Source: Phoronis australis
Lineage: Eukaryota > Animalia > Phoronida
Length of the DNA: 64,000 bases
Assembly (NCBI GenBank): GCA_002633005.1
Contig: NMRA01000185.1
Span: 465,921 to 529,920, forward strand
Direction: 5' to 3'
Shown one piece after another: positions 24,960-38,964 of this stretch. A program made the translations under genes and the position numbers. Within the stretch, counting starts at the first letter, position 1, and each line of letters begins with the position of its first letter. Under the pieces are notes generated by a model. That model made no database searches. It was not told where the DNA came from and worked only from the letters and a program-made list of their open reading frames with translations.

Positions 24960-25070
24960 GAATACATAGTTTGAGTTCAACTGTGCACACCCATGTCAAC
25001 CATTTCACACCAAACAGCACCCATATCAATGACAAGCGTTTATCTGTTCATTGATTTATTTATTATCAGC

Positions 25071-25145
25071 ATTGTTGTTACATAAGTTATTATTATCATT
25101 ATTATTATTATTATTATTATTATCATTATTATCACTATTATTATG
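25071..25145. repeat. (TTA/TCA)n microsatellite
   Basis: Run of TTA with TCA interruptions. Confidence 0.9.
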
Positions 25146-26605
25146 TTTTATACATTATTTTATTTTGGTTCAACTTAATATCATAAGGACTCGAATAAAT
25201 GTACACTATCTTACATTTCAAAATGATCATCTGTCTGTGTACCACAAATGACAACTCTACAGGATTCATCACAAAATGATTACAGTAATGGCAATTGTTC
25301 CTAAAGTTGCATTTCACCTGGTTAAGCTGGCTAAAAACAAAATAATTGAGTTTTTTACTCTCACAAAATTGGTCCCAAGTATTCCTTGCCATGACAGGAT
25401 TGGATTTCTGTTACCAACAAGAACATAGGAACCATAAGGGACTCAAGAAAATGCTTCAGCATTGGTAACACAAACACAACCATCAAAAAGAAATCATTAC
25501 CTTGTGAAAGGCCACATTTGACTGTTTGTTTATGGCCGACCATACATTTATTTTCATGTGAAATTAATATTACACAAGACTAAGAAACCAGTACAGAAAA
25601 TTAATAACTCTACCATCACTGACAGTTCAGTAATTCATATTTGCAGTAGACAATAATATTGATACCTTAATTAAAGACCAGACACATTCATCATACAGCA
25701 GTAGACGTTGACATTTGTTTCGCCTGAATGGTGCGAAATTATGGTTCTTATTCTTAATATGGGGGGAAAGGTTTTTTGTGGATTGTGATCAGGTCCTATT
25801 TATGGCCGTGATACGGGAAATGCGGGCGAAAAATGCCGTGTTTTGTGAATGGAGATCTACAGCGACTGGCTCGAAATGCCCTTGATACCTGGAATCGGGA
25901 TAAATAACCCCTGGGACTGAGAATGGGACCCTTTTCCCCCTCTTAATAGAAATAATGCTAACATGATTCTTGTTGGTAATTGCAAACATATGTAATAATT
26001 GTATTACATTTCCCATTCCAAAATTAGTGCCACTTGGAGACATGCAACACGGATTAAAGTGGGCGTTCCAATGCAGGATTATTGTTGTGATACAAAAACA
26101 GTATACTGTTTCATGATCACCGATAATCTCAAGGTGTACAGAACAGCTGGCATGAGCGCACTGTTAAATTTAACTGGGTCAGACAGTAAACAAACAGATG
26201 CACTCAGAACTCAGACCCTCATCAAAACAAGATAACTACATGATTGGTCCACAGCCTCATCCTGGGTATTAATAGGATTACAATTATCATTGGAGTGATT
26301 ATGAAACTATGGCTACCATTATTATTATTATCATTACTGCTGAGCCAATGCTGCAAAATTAGTTCGGCTGTGTAAAGAAGCAAAGCACTTTATTTACAAA
26401 CATACACAGTTCGTGGGCGTGGAGTCAATCCCATGACCTATTTTTATTAAAAGTGCGACCTCTCTTGATTGTCACCTGTTTTACCAAAGGAAAAAGGTGG
26501 CGGAAAGTAAAATCAGAAACAAGCAGAAGTATTCAACGGTAAAAACACTATGGAGACCTATATGTGCACTTTTATCAATTTACAAAAAAATTTAGACTAT
26601 GAATA

Positions 26606-26820
26606 TACCATATGGTAAATGGCTGTATTACGATGCATGATACACAGATGCATCCTAAGGTTGTACAAAGATGCTTCTTAATAAAGCCATTTACAATGTG
26701 GTTGTATTATTATAAACAACAAATACATGATGCATCTTCACACAACCGTTAACCATGTGGTTGCATTAAGTTGCATCTTAAAACAACCACATGCTAAATG
26801 GCTGTATTAAGAGCATCATA
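26606..26820. repeat. Array of short palindromic/inverted repeats
   Basis: TAAATGGCTGTATTA at 26616 and 26795, inverted copy at 26679-26693; ATGTGGTTG...CAACCACAT 26755-26792; recurring GATGCATC. Confidence 0.7.
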
Positions 26821-29800
26821 GGTAGATGTGGAGCCCCTCCTCAAGCTGACCACAAATATTTTGAAACTCTACCTGCAGGAGACCTCAGGTAGCATATGGA
26901 AATCATCAATAGTCATACATTCTTATCAAACAAGGACAGCAAAGTAGAAATTTTTGTGCATGTCAATATATACAAGTTCATGATGGATTAACAATTGCAG
27001 ACAAGCCTCCATCTATTTCAGCTGTCTGGCCAAGGACATGGTCATGACCCCAGAAGGTCAAACGAGAGAGAAACGGCAAATGATTTTTTGCATTTTGTAA
27101 TTTTATTCATTACATTATTAAGTGGGCGCACTTAATGAATAACCATTGTTTAGATTTCTGCTACAGCTTTAACTGATCAGAAAAGCAAATGTAATAGTAA
27201 TAAACTGAACAAACAGACCAAATATTGTCTACGGGTAAACAAGTCTAGTCATTTGAACATGAAAAGCCTGATAAAAATACCTTGATGTCAATAGCATAAA
27301 ATTGGGTCGCTTGAAATCCAGCAAATAACCTACTGGTCAGCTCAGGTCATAAGGTCATTTCAGGCAATGACCAAAGCAAAACATAAGAACTAAAAAGGCC
27401 AAGCTTAATAGTACGCATAGTGGGAAGAACAACTCACATTGTAACATATTCAGATATATCCAAACTAAACATACAGTACAAGACAAAAGTAATCACACAA
27501 AATACTATTTTGCCATCATGTCTCCTGAATTCTGTAAATAGCAAACACTACTGGTAACAAATATTGGGAAGACAAAAATAAAATTTCTGTTAATTTCCCA
27601 TCATTCTCAGTTATGGAGGTTACTTTGGCAACAATTTCAGCTTCCATCCAGCTGACGGGATGGGGATTTTCAGGTCATTTGTCTAAATACTTTTGGCAGA
27701 AACTCAAAGGGTATTGTTTAACCATGATACCTTATTCACTATATGTATATACATGAGCATACATTATATATTTATTTACCTGTTCAAAAACAAAGCTTTC
27801 CTGCCCTCATAATTGATTTCTCGTTCAAAGCAATTTTGTACATTTTTGTCAACTCCATCTTCAGTCATTATGACCTTATGACCAAAACCGGTATATCTGA
27901 ACAAACTGTGTGTCCTCTCTCCTAACACCAGGTATCACTTTCTGTGTATTTAGAAGAAAACAACAGTTTTGAGAAGGCACCCCTACCATTAGGGCTTTCA
28001 TAACCTCCTAAAACTTAAAGCTATATTTCATCATGTTTTGTTGCCTAAAAATGAAGTGGGATAGGGCCTTTTAGTTCAATCATCTTCAATTCAAGTCCAT
28101 TCCTTGAAATTCCTTGTTTTGGTTTTTGTTTTGGGGTGGTGTCCTTCATTTTAGTTGTTGAGAAGGTAAGTAAGGATTTCAAATTAAGCACCGTAATAGG
28201 TGTGGAACTTTTTGTGATGGACCAAATAGAGTTGATACATTTGTTGACTGGGCAGCTCATAGCTGATTACAGGTCCAAGTTTGTTATTTTGGCTTCACCC
28301 AATAAACATTGTGTGGGTCTTGGAACATTTCGGCAAGAAATTTGTACACAAAACAAGATTATTCATTTCCAAACAGTTGTGTCTGATTGATCGAACCCCG
28401 ACTTCTTACTAGCTTCTGGCTGTGGTTCCCAGAATAGAATCAAACAATTTTATCAGTGGTATATTAAGGGTTATCTCCCATGAAGATGCCTTAGTGTTAG
28501 TGGGAGTTTCCTATTTAATTCGCAAATTGGTTCAGAGGCGGACTTAAGCTTCAAAGAAACCAAGTTCTAATTGTTCAATGTAGGTGTAGAAGCTTGCTCA
28601 ACACCATTTGGCAACTGGCCATTTTCAAAATAGAGATTGTGCAGGCAAATTAAACACGAAACAACTACGTTGACAACCAATTTCAAGGAGACAATAGCAC
28701 TACCAGGCATCTGATTTTACCAAACATCTTTATTAATAAACATTTACAATTTACAACCAAACTTACAATCACTGAACATGCCAGGCCTGATTACAAATGC
28801 AAAGCACACACTAAAGATGTCACTGACACTACACTGTCACATAAAGGTCAATAATAAGAACGGCCATTCTGAGTTTTTCTCAAGAAAACAAAACGACCCA
28901 AAAAGGGAAAAGTAGCTTTTTGATTCATCTTTGAAACAATAAAACTTAAATATTTACTGAGCGTGATGGGAAATGATACCAAATAGTTGCAAATATATTA
29001 GTTAGGTCGCCCTTCAGGAGTCACGTGACCACCTTGACTACGTATCACCACCCAGGAACATAGGAAACATAGAAATACAAAATGTTTGATTTGAAATTAA
29101 TTCCAATACATGTTCTTAACATTATACTCATGCTGTGAAAAGATCTGAAGGTATTTTTATCACACATTTGACAAAAATAGCTCGGAAATGTGCGGAAGGT
29201 TGCAGACTAGCCATTAACATGCAAAACGTTATGTCTTTCTTGCGGAGATCACTTGGCAAAAACCCAAAGCGTGTTCCAGACTCAATCTGTAAAATAAAAC
29301 TACCCTCATGTCAATCAGTAAAACATATTCATTATGTGACATCAATTAAAGGCATTAGTCAAACCCAGCCTTATCAAAATTCACTAGTAATTCGCAACCT
29401 AACCATGTGATATCAACTCTGAACAAACCAATTGTTTCTCCAATCTTATTACATAAAGCTTTGCATTTGATATAAGACGCCATCAATGATGATGTCACCA
29501 CTCCTTGTTTAAGTAAGCAGTGATGTCAATAGAAAGATGGAGGACTTTGACCCATCACACAGCAAATTTCACAATGACGTGGCGGATTTCACGCTGACTG
29601 AAGTGAAATCAGGGACTGAGATGGAGTTTGATTAAGCATGCATTGATATCGCAGCGTTCCATTAGAATTTCTTGGAACTTTATAATTTAGTTTTCAGTAG
29701 ACGTCAGAGTATCTTCTTGAAGTAGTCAAACAAAGAGTTTCTGACAAAATGGTAATTTTATCTTAATTAACATAAATCTTTTAAGACGAGCAGTGATAGC

Positions 29801-30455
29801 GCACTGGTTGCAAAGTCAGGAAACATTAAAAGTCAAAATAAGCAATTTTCTGAAGTTTCGCGCAATACGAATTGTGCTCATTATTACGCAATTAAATTTC
29901 TCTTTAACATCTGAAAATATAACAAAAATCACAACGAAAACCACACGACTTTGTTTTGAAATTTAACAAAAATAATGGTTATCAAAACAGAATTATCTGC
30001 TGGTATGAAATATTTCAAAAAATATGCAAAAGGAGAATTGAGCCCAAATTTCAGGTCAAGTGAGCAGGATATCAGGATTTCCAGTCAATGGTGATATCAG
30101 TTGGAGTGACGTCAAGAGATTAAGAGAGCAGAGCTGACCACCGTGTGGGGCTAATTTAACATAGCTGACATTTCTCACAAATACAAGTTTCTGTTCCATA
30201 TCACTTGCTCTAAAGTTAAGGAGGAATTCTGTTAAAGAGACATAATTGCTTTTACACCCAAAAGTGCATTTTGGGGATTATTGTTCAAGATTTCTTGAAG
30301 ATATATGCTTTGACCATAGCTTTACTGAAACAACAAAACTGTAGTTTTTGAAATTTCATTATAAGTCATAAATTCTCATTGTTGTCTGCCACCTATCCGT
30401 AGAAATCCAGACTGCTGACTTAACAACGAAAGTTTTCTGCCATTTATCAAGTGTG

Positions 30456-30597
30456 GTTTCACGACACAAATCCTACGCTAACATTTGGGGTTTTGTTTCC
30501 ACCTATGCCTAAGCGAGCGCAAGCCAAACAGTGACTAACCCGTCCTAATCGAATCACAGATCAATGCTCCTGGCTTAGCCACAATACTGAAGAAAAC
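30456..30597 (-). repeat. Dispersed repeat, copy B (of 5524-5662)
   Basis: Reverse complement aligns by eye with 5524-5662 over about 140 bp. Confidence 0.75.
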
Positions 30598-33036
30598 GTA
30601 TTCCCTAATTTCCCTAATAATGCATTGACTTCAAAAATTCAAAGACAGCTACTATTTACATTTCAATTTTAAAAACAGTCATGTTGGTCGTTTGTCTTAC
30701 TTATTGTTCACTTTTGACTTAAAAACTCTACGCTAAACAGGCATGTTGGTTTACGACTGCAATTATCTCATCCAACGTATTCAGCCAAGCCCATGAATAG
30801 CGACAAGCTCACTTCAACCTGTGATGGCACCATAATGCCTTTAATGTGCCGAGGACTTCGCTGAATGCTGTGGAGTAAGCAGTACATGCTTTCTCATCCA
30901 CTTGCGGGCAAATCTTGGGGCAGAAGATTTGCCTATTGTAGCTCTGCCAGCAAAGCGTTGGACTACATTCGTTGTCAGTGCGCAAGTTCCATTCCACTTT
31001 GGGGATGACCTTAGAAAACCACTCTTCGTGGCAACAATGTTATTTATGGCAAGTAAAAAAAGGAAATATAATACAACAGGTTTAGAAAAAGGGACATATT
31101 TTGTTGAAATTTGTTTAACTTTATTGAAGTTAATGCGAAATCCTAGAAGGAAAACAAGCAGAAATACAATAGAAAACCATTACAACTAGTAAGCCTTTGA
31201 TTTTTGATATAACACTTTGTTTTTTCTTTTAATATCAGTATTTATGAGTAAGTGTTTGCATGTATAATAATTTAGTGCTCAGGAATGCAGGAGAAAGTCA
31301 TAAATGTGGTGTGGTCTAACCATATGCATTATATAAGATTGTATTTCTGCAAACGAATGTAGAACGAATTCCAAGAATAATGTGCTCAAATTGCTAATCG
31401 TTCAGTCACAAGGTAATATTGAAGCAACAGGCAAAGGGGAAAATCATAGGTGATTTAGGGAGGGGTCATGGGGTCCAGGTCCATTTTTGAGGCTAAGATC
31501 GACATTTTTCCTTTGATAATAGTGGTTATCCCAGATTGGCCAGTGAGAAGGCTAGCAGAGTTTACCTGCAAAGTTTATGAATGAGTGAAATCGTGAGAAC
31601 AGTACCAAGTGTTGGCAAACCCAGTTGTTGACATGACGGTATATTTAGATAACTACCGGATATGATACTACTTGAGTATGATAATGACGTGGAGTGGAAT
31701 TATTTTTAGTTAATGGCAACCATCATGCAGGGGAGGCCATTACCTGTTTTATTGTCAATGACAAGAAAGTTCTGCTCATTCGTTTCCGCCAGCACTGTGT
31801 ACACTAAGCCTTCTTAAAACTTTCTGAGCTCATGCACGTGACTAGTGCTGAGGTGGGGGAGGTGGTAGATGACCATCAGATTTCAGCATGCTGATGAAAT
31901 GTTTAACCATAGAATAAACTTCTGTCAGTTATCCATAACTAACCCCACCTGAATACCAAGTGCAAAGGTACCTACACATGCCATGTTTATTGGGAACTAT
32001 GAAATAGTTTTATTCACAAATATTCATGACTTAAGTCATGTTTACAAATTACACCCCACCCTTTGTGATTCCAGTGTGATGAACCTGATCTGGTGGAAAT
32101 AATTACAGCCACAATACTTTGGAGCATCAAGATTTACATGCTCAATGAACTCCAGCATGTCTATATGAAAAGGCTCACTTGCCTGGGTGGAGGAGCAACT
32201 CCCCTAGGTTAGTCTTGGTGTACCAAGGTATGTTCTCTATGGATTCACCTAAAGCCACACACATACCTGATCTTTAAAAACATGTCAACAATCACCTGCA
32301 CTTCAATGTTTCATAATTCAACAAATATGCATTCTACTTCCATTAATTTTTGTTGAAAGTTCATACTTTTTTACCTGGACTATGTTGTTGTATGTGGCTT
32401 TAAAATCATCACAGACATATGAAATGCTTACTGTTAACTATGAGGTTACCATAGGCTGAATTCTATGGTAAATACCAAAGAATAAAGACAAGATCCTGTC
32501 AAGATACATTTTAAAAAATTTTTGGTCGTCTTACAGGCAATCCCTTATATTTCTCTTAAAAATATGGGTTAATTATCAAAACTGGTTCAAGAACTTTGTT
32601 TTATCATACACCTGTCGTACAAGAATGTGCCAATGAGATGTACCGTGTTAATTACCAAGTTTATGAATTATGCCAATTGCACCCACTCTGGGATAGATCA
32701 TATAGTACAGCAGCTGATTTCTCATTCCAGCAAGAAGCAATATAGAATGATATATGAAGGGACAGCCTCAAGCCTCTATTCTATTCTAAGATGCACCTAC
32801 GAACAGTCACTTAACTCAACTATGAAGTCGCATTCCATCACCTTGCGGCGTATATAACATACAGGGTGATTCGCCGAAACAAGCCCGCAATTTTACTAAT
32901 ATTTTTTGCTTCAGCTAGGGACCGCAAAACTTGCATGAACCTGCACAATTCTATTGTGAACAAATGCAACACCATCCGCAACGTAAAGATTGTTCAACAC
33001 CTTTCATCAGTGTTTTTTCATCAGTGTGTCAATTTC

Positions 33037-33454
33037 TCTTTCCATGGAAAGAGATCAAGAAGAAGGCCCCAAGCCAGATGGAGAGATGATATCGTGAAGA
33101 GGCACAACGCAGAGGTGGATCTACAGAGGGGGTTCAGGGGGTTTAAACCCCCCCTCAGGACAGGATCAAAAATAAAAACTGGAAAAAAAATCGCCAGCAA
33201 AACGAAATTAGCTACTAAAAATCCCAAAAAATCTTACACGGGAGGAGGGAAACCCTCTCGCGACCTTCCTTCTCCTCGGCGCTACGCGCCTCGGATTCTC
33301 TCGAATCCTAAACCCCCGCTTACTGAAATCGTAGATCTGCCACTGCAACGTGGATAAGAGCGGCAAGAGACAAGAAAAATTGGAAGGTATTGTCGGAGGG
33401 CTACATCCTGCAGTGGATGAACAATGCCTAGAGTCAGAGTCAGTCAGAGTCAGA
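33037..33454 (+). mobile_element. 5'-truncated RTE-clade LINE (ORF2 C-terminus plus tandem-repeat tail), interrupted by a MITE
   Basis: HGKRSRRRPQARWRDDIVK / GTTWIRAARDKKNWKVLSEGYILQWMNNA* is the typical RTE ORF2 C-terminus. Tail (AGAGTC)n at about 33430-33454. 11-bp TSD GTGTCAATTTC at 33026-33036 and 33455-33465. Confidence 0.85.
33110..33345. mobile_element. CAG(T/G)GGCGGAT-family MITE, 236 bp, nested in the RTE copy
   Basis: TIRs CAGAGGTGGATCTAC / GTAGATCTGCCACTG; exact 5-bp TSD CAACG on both flanks; ends homologous to 22632-24959. Confidence 0.85.
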
Positions 33455-36400
33455 GTGTCAATTTCACGCTTGAAAGATGTCTATAAAGAAGCTCCTGTTT
33501 CTTGACTGAAAGTACTGATAGGTGCACGCCTATTACGAAATGTTAAGCTGCCTTTAGATGATCGGCACTGTGCACCTTCTATACAGAACACCATGAAGAA
33601 CATGAAGACCAAAGGACATATCTTTTATGACTATTTGCAGACCATATGCAACAAGTATCTGGAAAATCAGCATTACTTCAATACATAAAATTGACAGTAG
33701 CAATAAGTTTGGGGCGTGTTTTAGGAGAATCACCATGTAGTTGTATTTTCATACTATGGATTATGACGAAAACATCTTTTCAACATTCTTCCATTTATAA
33801 TAGCAATAGCAAGAACATTCCTTCATGTATGTCTTCCTTATTAATTGGAAAATTAAACAAAAAAACACAAAAAAGTAAGTTTAAAACTAAGCAACGGTTT
33901 GCTAACATGACCAAGTTCATTGGATGTCATATCTACATATTTAAGATGAAATCTCAAATATGCAGTTGCAGTTTTCTTTATAAACTGTCACTATGTTTTT
34001 GTTTCATGCAACTTCATTTTTTCATGAAAATGACAGCCCCTTGTACTAAAGTGTAGCATTCTAAAAATAATTCCTTAATATCCTACGGAGAAAAGAGAAT
34101 AAATCAAAATATCTGAATGTTTCATATGAATTCAGCCAGCCATATCTGAGTACCTGATGCTCCAAAGTCAAACCAAATTTGGACATTTTCTAGGGTCCTC
34201 TATAACTTTAATACATCCTCCGAAGAACAACAATGGGTTGAAGAATAGACAAAGTATTGTAAGATTGAGAGAGTGTCTGCTAAAATTGTAAACAGACAAC
34301 ACTGTCCTGTAATCAACCAATTATGTGTACAAGATTGGGCTGCTCAAACCTACTCTTTTATTTTAAGTTATTAGGAGTTGGTTACAGCATGCACTGAACA
34401 TGTTATGAAATGAACAATTGCATCATAACTGAGCCTGTAACAAATCTTAGCAACTACCAGGAAAAGCTGACAAGCAAGGCAAAAGTATGAAAATGAATTT
34501 ATTTTGAATATTAAAAAAATTAATTGGGTATTAAAATAAAAACTATCATGGTATTCAATTTTTTGAGACAGTAAAACGCTACATCCGATTTTCGTTTTAA
34601 GCCAGCCACACAGGGCAAAATCCAGCTTTAAGTTTATTCTACATTAACAAATTCTGAGAAAATTTTCGTTCAGTTGTGAATGTTCACATTGACTTTCAAT
34701 GTCTTACTCGCCAGCAACAGATCCATTAACATAGGTAACAATTAGAGGCCCCTGGATATTTGAGTCACACCCCTTGACAGCATTGGGTCCCCTGCTGTAA
34801 TAGCTGGGAGTTCTCAGTAACACAGCTGGGGTCCACCCCAGGCAGTACAGGTTACACGTTCCATCACCTGCACACAAAGCAGGTCATGCGTGTATTGGAG
34901 AAATAATACAGGTATAATCACAAAGCCAGAGGAAGGGAGGACGTTGAACCTGGCACCCAGATGTTGACAACCCGATGAGGGATTAAACTCAATAGTTGAC
35001 AAGTAAAAGTGGGTAAGAAAAAATAAACATCTATTAATAGTAATTAACTAGGCACTAAAAATGAAGGTAAAAAACAAAATTAGTCTTGTTTCAAAAAACT
35101 GTTAAGACATCGGAAATGTCCAGTTGCAGTATGTCTTTGAGTCCTTTTAGACACCTTTTCAGATTTTTCACTCTTAGACACGATCATAAGTTGATGTAGT
35201 GAAATGATGTTTACTACATGAATCTACATTTCGTGTTTATTACCTGTCAAATCAAAAACAAATAAAAGTCTGCTTAAACCATCATCGTGACACTTCATAA
35301 AGACGTCACACCTGAAACTAAAAATAGCAATCTGCATTACCTCAGAACTGCTGCATTGAACAAACACGATCACATTTTACGGAAACAGAATTGGCAAGCT
35401 GTTAAACTATGAAACCACGCTTCGATTTATCAGTTTGCCAGCTGTGCTAATGAACAAGTGATGTCATAAAGAGCATCGAATGAAACATGTCAAAATAGAA
35501 ATATTTAAATGTTTCCATATTTCTTTTATTATTGGTGTAACTCACATGTCACAAACAAAGGTAGTCCCAAAGCAGCAATAGCTCGCCTTCCATACGGAAA
35601 AACAAATTTTTCAATTAGATCATTTAAAGTAATGAATTTGGTCTCAAATTAGTCAACAGACAAATTGCCTAACAAAAAGTGTGTGGTCCTGGCTGAGAAG
35701 GTAATTGTTTCATAACCCCCTATAGATTCTAAATAGTGGAGCCCGCTCCTGAATGGTATGATCTTGAGGAATAAAGAACTGTCAGTTCTTACCAAACCCA
35801 AAAATCATTTTTCATCTTCAAAAAGAACACATTGAAACCAAAATAGTAAACATCAAAATTTACACCTTGGAAGGAATGCACGATTATACCCAATTAAATA
35901 CCACAATCATTCTATGGGCTAATTTTTCAAATTCTAACACAACTGACAAATGCAAAATATTTCCTGCTATGAACAAACAGACTTTCAATGTGGGCCAATC
36001 AAATATTTGATTGATTAAATACAGTACATCTACTTGGCAAATCATTTTACCATTGTTGAGATCATTCATTTATTTCCGCATGCACTAAATAAAGCCAAAT
36101 GTTTACGTACTCCCATTGAGGTGCAAGTTCCCGAGATATAATACCCAGGCAAAATCGATGTCATCTACCAAGCATTTCTTTGTGTGCAATTCCCTACCAA
36201 TGCCAGAAGCATCCTGTTATGAGGAAATTCAATGAGTGCAAAAGCAGAAATCCTGTAACAAAATTGTCATCCCAACTCCTCTCAAAATACTACTCAACTC
36301 GCGTCACTACCCACCCCTGAAATTCTCAAATTTTCGCTTTTAAGAGCCAAATTGTTTGGCTTACCTGCACACCTCTGAAATATCCTCAAAAGTGAGTGTG

Positions 36401-38309
36401 TCCATGTGAACGCCAATCTCATGGGAGTTAAAGCTTCCAAAAAGTATGCAACCTATCTATCCTTGAGTGATACAGGGGTAAACGTAAAACTAAAAAATTG
36501 CCACTAGGGGGAACAGTGGAAGACAGAGGCACCTGACAGCCATTCAGTAATGCTAGGACCTTGCCTAAAAAAGCAAAACTTCATGAGATTACATGAAAAA
36601 CTAACGTGCATTTTAGATGAGAACACATGATTTTGGCTAGATTTTAGCAACGTCCTCGCGTAGGTTATTTTTGTTGAAAAATTTGTGTCCTCATCTGGAA
36701 GTTCAATTTTAGCTAAAACGGTTGCATACAAGTTATTGTGAAGACGTCCCTGGATTCCTTCTGACACTAACATGATTGAAGTTCACATTTAAGTTAAAAA
36801 ACCAGGCTAATAAATTATTTTGCCAATAGAATGTACGACTGCTTTAAGTAGCGTCCCTGGAGATTGGAATCTCCAGACTAACTGTTGTTGAGGGCCTAAT
36901 TTGCTGTGTTCAATCAAATTTTCCATGTACATTCAAAGGTGGATGAACCTATGAGGGACATGCTTAAGTACTTGAGCACCTCTCCATTAGCCAGCACAGA
37001 CGGGTGAGTGAAGCATTAAAGCCATAGGTGAACAGTTGTGGCTGCTAGAGCGGAGTATGTACCCCCCTGCCCCATCATGAACACCCCCCCCATCATGCAC
37101 AACTATGAGAGGATGAAAAATGTTGTGCTAATGATTTCAATAAAATTTTCTATGAACGAAAGTTGTAACATCTGCCCGATGATAGTTTAAATTTACTCCT
37201 CTATGAAGAATAATCAATAGCCAGTCCTAAAAATGGATGGATTGTTTACTATTCTGACAGCTGTCATTTCATAATGAATTCGTTGAGAACGTCAAAAACT
37301 GCATTTACACATGTGCTTAATATAAAAAAAGAAAATCTTTTGGGTGTTGGTCTGTCCAACATCTTGTTGATCAACACAGACCTCCAATAATAAGGCATTC
37401 CTTCCTATACATAAACAAAAAGTCACATAATGAACTATGAACAATTTATGAGCCAATACTTATGGCTGGGCAAACAACTATTTAGTGCAGTGAAAGCTCT
37501 CAAGCTTCTGCTTGATCTCAGATTTGGTGGATAACAAAGACGAAGCTCATGGACAACAAAAACAGTTTAAAATTCTTTATAATCGTATAAAAATTTCAAA
37601 TTTGGCTAACTTCAGAATGTCCCGTTTCAGAAATGGCTGACCTGATTTGTCTAAAACTTTAAATAGCAAACGCTGCATATCAAACTATGTACTTCAGTGT
37701 GCCGTCTAATTTCAAATACCCACTAAGACCATAAGGAAATAACATAATTGTCGGTAACATTTTAGATAGAAAATTCACCCAGAAAGCGCGGGATTGAATA
37801 GAATATATTTTCTAATAGAGAATTAATCTTTTATCTATTGATGCATTGCAGTCAGGACTTAAAGAGATCAGATGAATGATTCTAAGGATAACCCATGGGA
37901 CGTGTCACTATCTTTGAACTAATGGTATTGTACTTAAAATCTGTTGAAGCAACCTCAATATGAAAATAGCGGTGTGTAATTAAACAAAAGCAAGAAGTGC
38001 GTATTAATTTACACACACTCTGACGCACCAAGCATATCACATTAACGCGTCCTCTATCTTCAACTCTTTTTCTTCAGCCCTTAGGATTCGACTGTGCACG
38101 AACAGGTGCTTTGCCAGCGTCAATACCAAGCAACCAGCCCTTATGCTCCCAGGTCATCTGCCTACACACTGCAGATGACGCTGGCGGTCACGCTGTGCCC
38201 ATGTGATGGAACATCAGCACTTCTAACAATTAATGCTAATTATTATTTGGATGAACTCACCTTTCCAGTACAAAAATGGTTACAGGGACTGGAATTGCGA
38301 CTACAGTAA

Positions 38310-38567
38310 CCCGGGTGAGAATTTTACACGTATTACATGCTCAAAGCGTGTCAAACAAACAAAAATGTGTAATACGTGTAAAAAGCTTTTAATCTGTAAA
38401 GCAAAACTGCCACGCTAGCATGTAAAACGTGTAAAACATGTAAAAATATGACACATTGTGTGTCAAACATGTAAAAAATTGTAACGCTCACGTGTAAAAC
38501 ATGTCAAAATATGACATGTAAACGTTTCAAACACATAAAAACTGCCTCGCTCACGTGTAAAATGTGG
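38310..38567. repeat. Short-motif array (ACGTGTAAAA/ACATGTAAAA), probable subterminal region of a DNA transposon
   Basis: Many direct and some inverted copies of RTGTAAAA/RTGTCAAA following a CCCGGGTGAGAATT start. Superfamily uncertain. Confidence 0.55.
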
Positions 38568-38914
38568 CAGTAGTTTGACTAATAACAACAATGGAGCACA
38601 CTAACAAAATGTTTCAATCTAGTAGCAATGTTAACAGAAATCACCACTGTAATTATTCAGGTATATTTAGCACACAATATGGCCAACAAGTGAAATTCTA
38701 TTTTGTCAAAATCCTTCACAAAGAGAAAAAGTTAGGAAATTTTGGTCCAATACAAACGAGGTTTTATTGTGTAGATGACCTTGAACAACATTTGGAAAAG
38801 TTTCCAACAAATGCTTAATAGAAAACAGCCTTTGAAGAATGGAAAATTGCAATTTTGGTTATTATTACTTTTGTGCGAAATAAGAAAGAACAGGAGAATT
38901 AGTGTCATTAAAAA

Positions 38915-38964
38915 CATCAATAACTGATTGCAAAAATGATCAATAACTGATTGCAAAAATGATC
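38915..38964. repeat. Perfect 24-bp tandem duplication
   Basis: ATCAATAACTGATTGCAAAAATG starting at 38915 and 38939. Confidence 0.9.

Noticed and set aside
25051-25251. Leucine-rich signal-peptide-like ORF
   Set aside because: Produced by the (TTA)n microsatellite.
32453-32478. 9-bp inverted repeat TTACCATAG/CTATGGTAA
   Set aside because: Too short and isolated to distinguish from chance or a MITE scrap.
32866-33357. Longest ORF (163 aa)
   Set aside because: Chance read-through joining unique sequence, the RTE tail and the nested MITE.
36367-36376. 10-nt minus-strand microexon (ATTTCAG|AGGTGTGCAG|GTAAGC)
   Set aside because: Weak pyrimidine tract and frame-shifting length; expected by chance.
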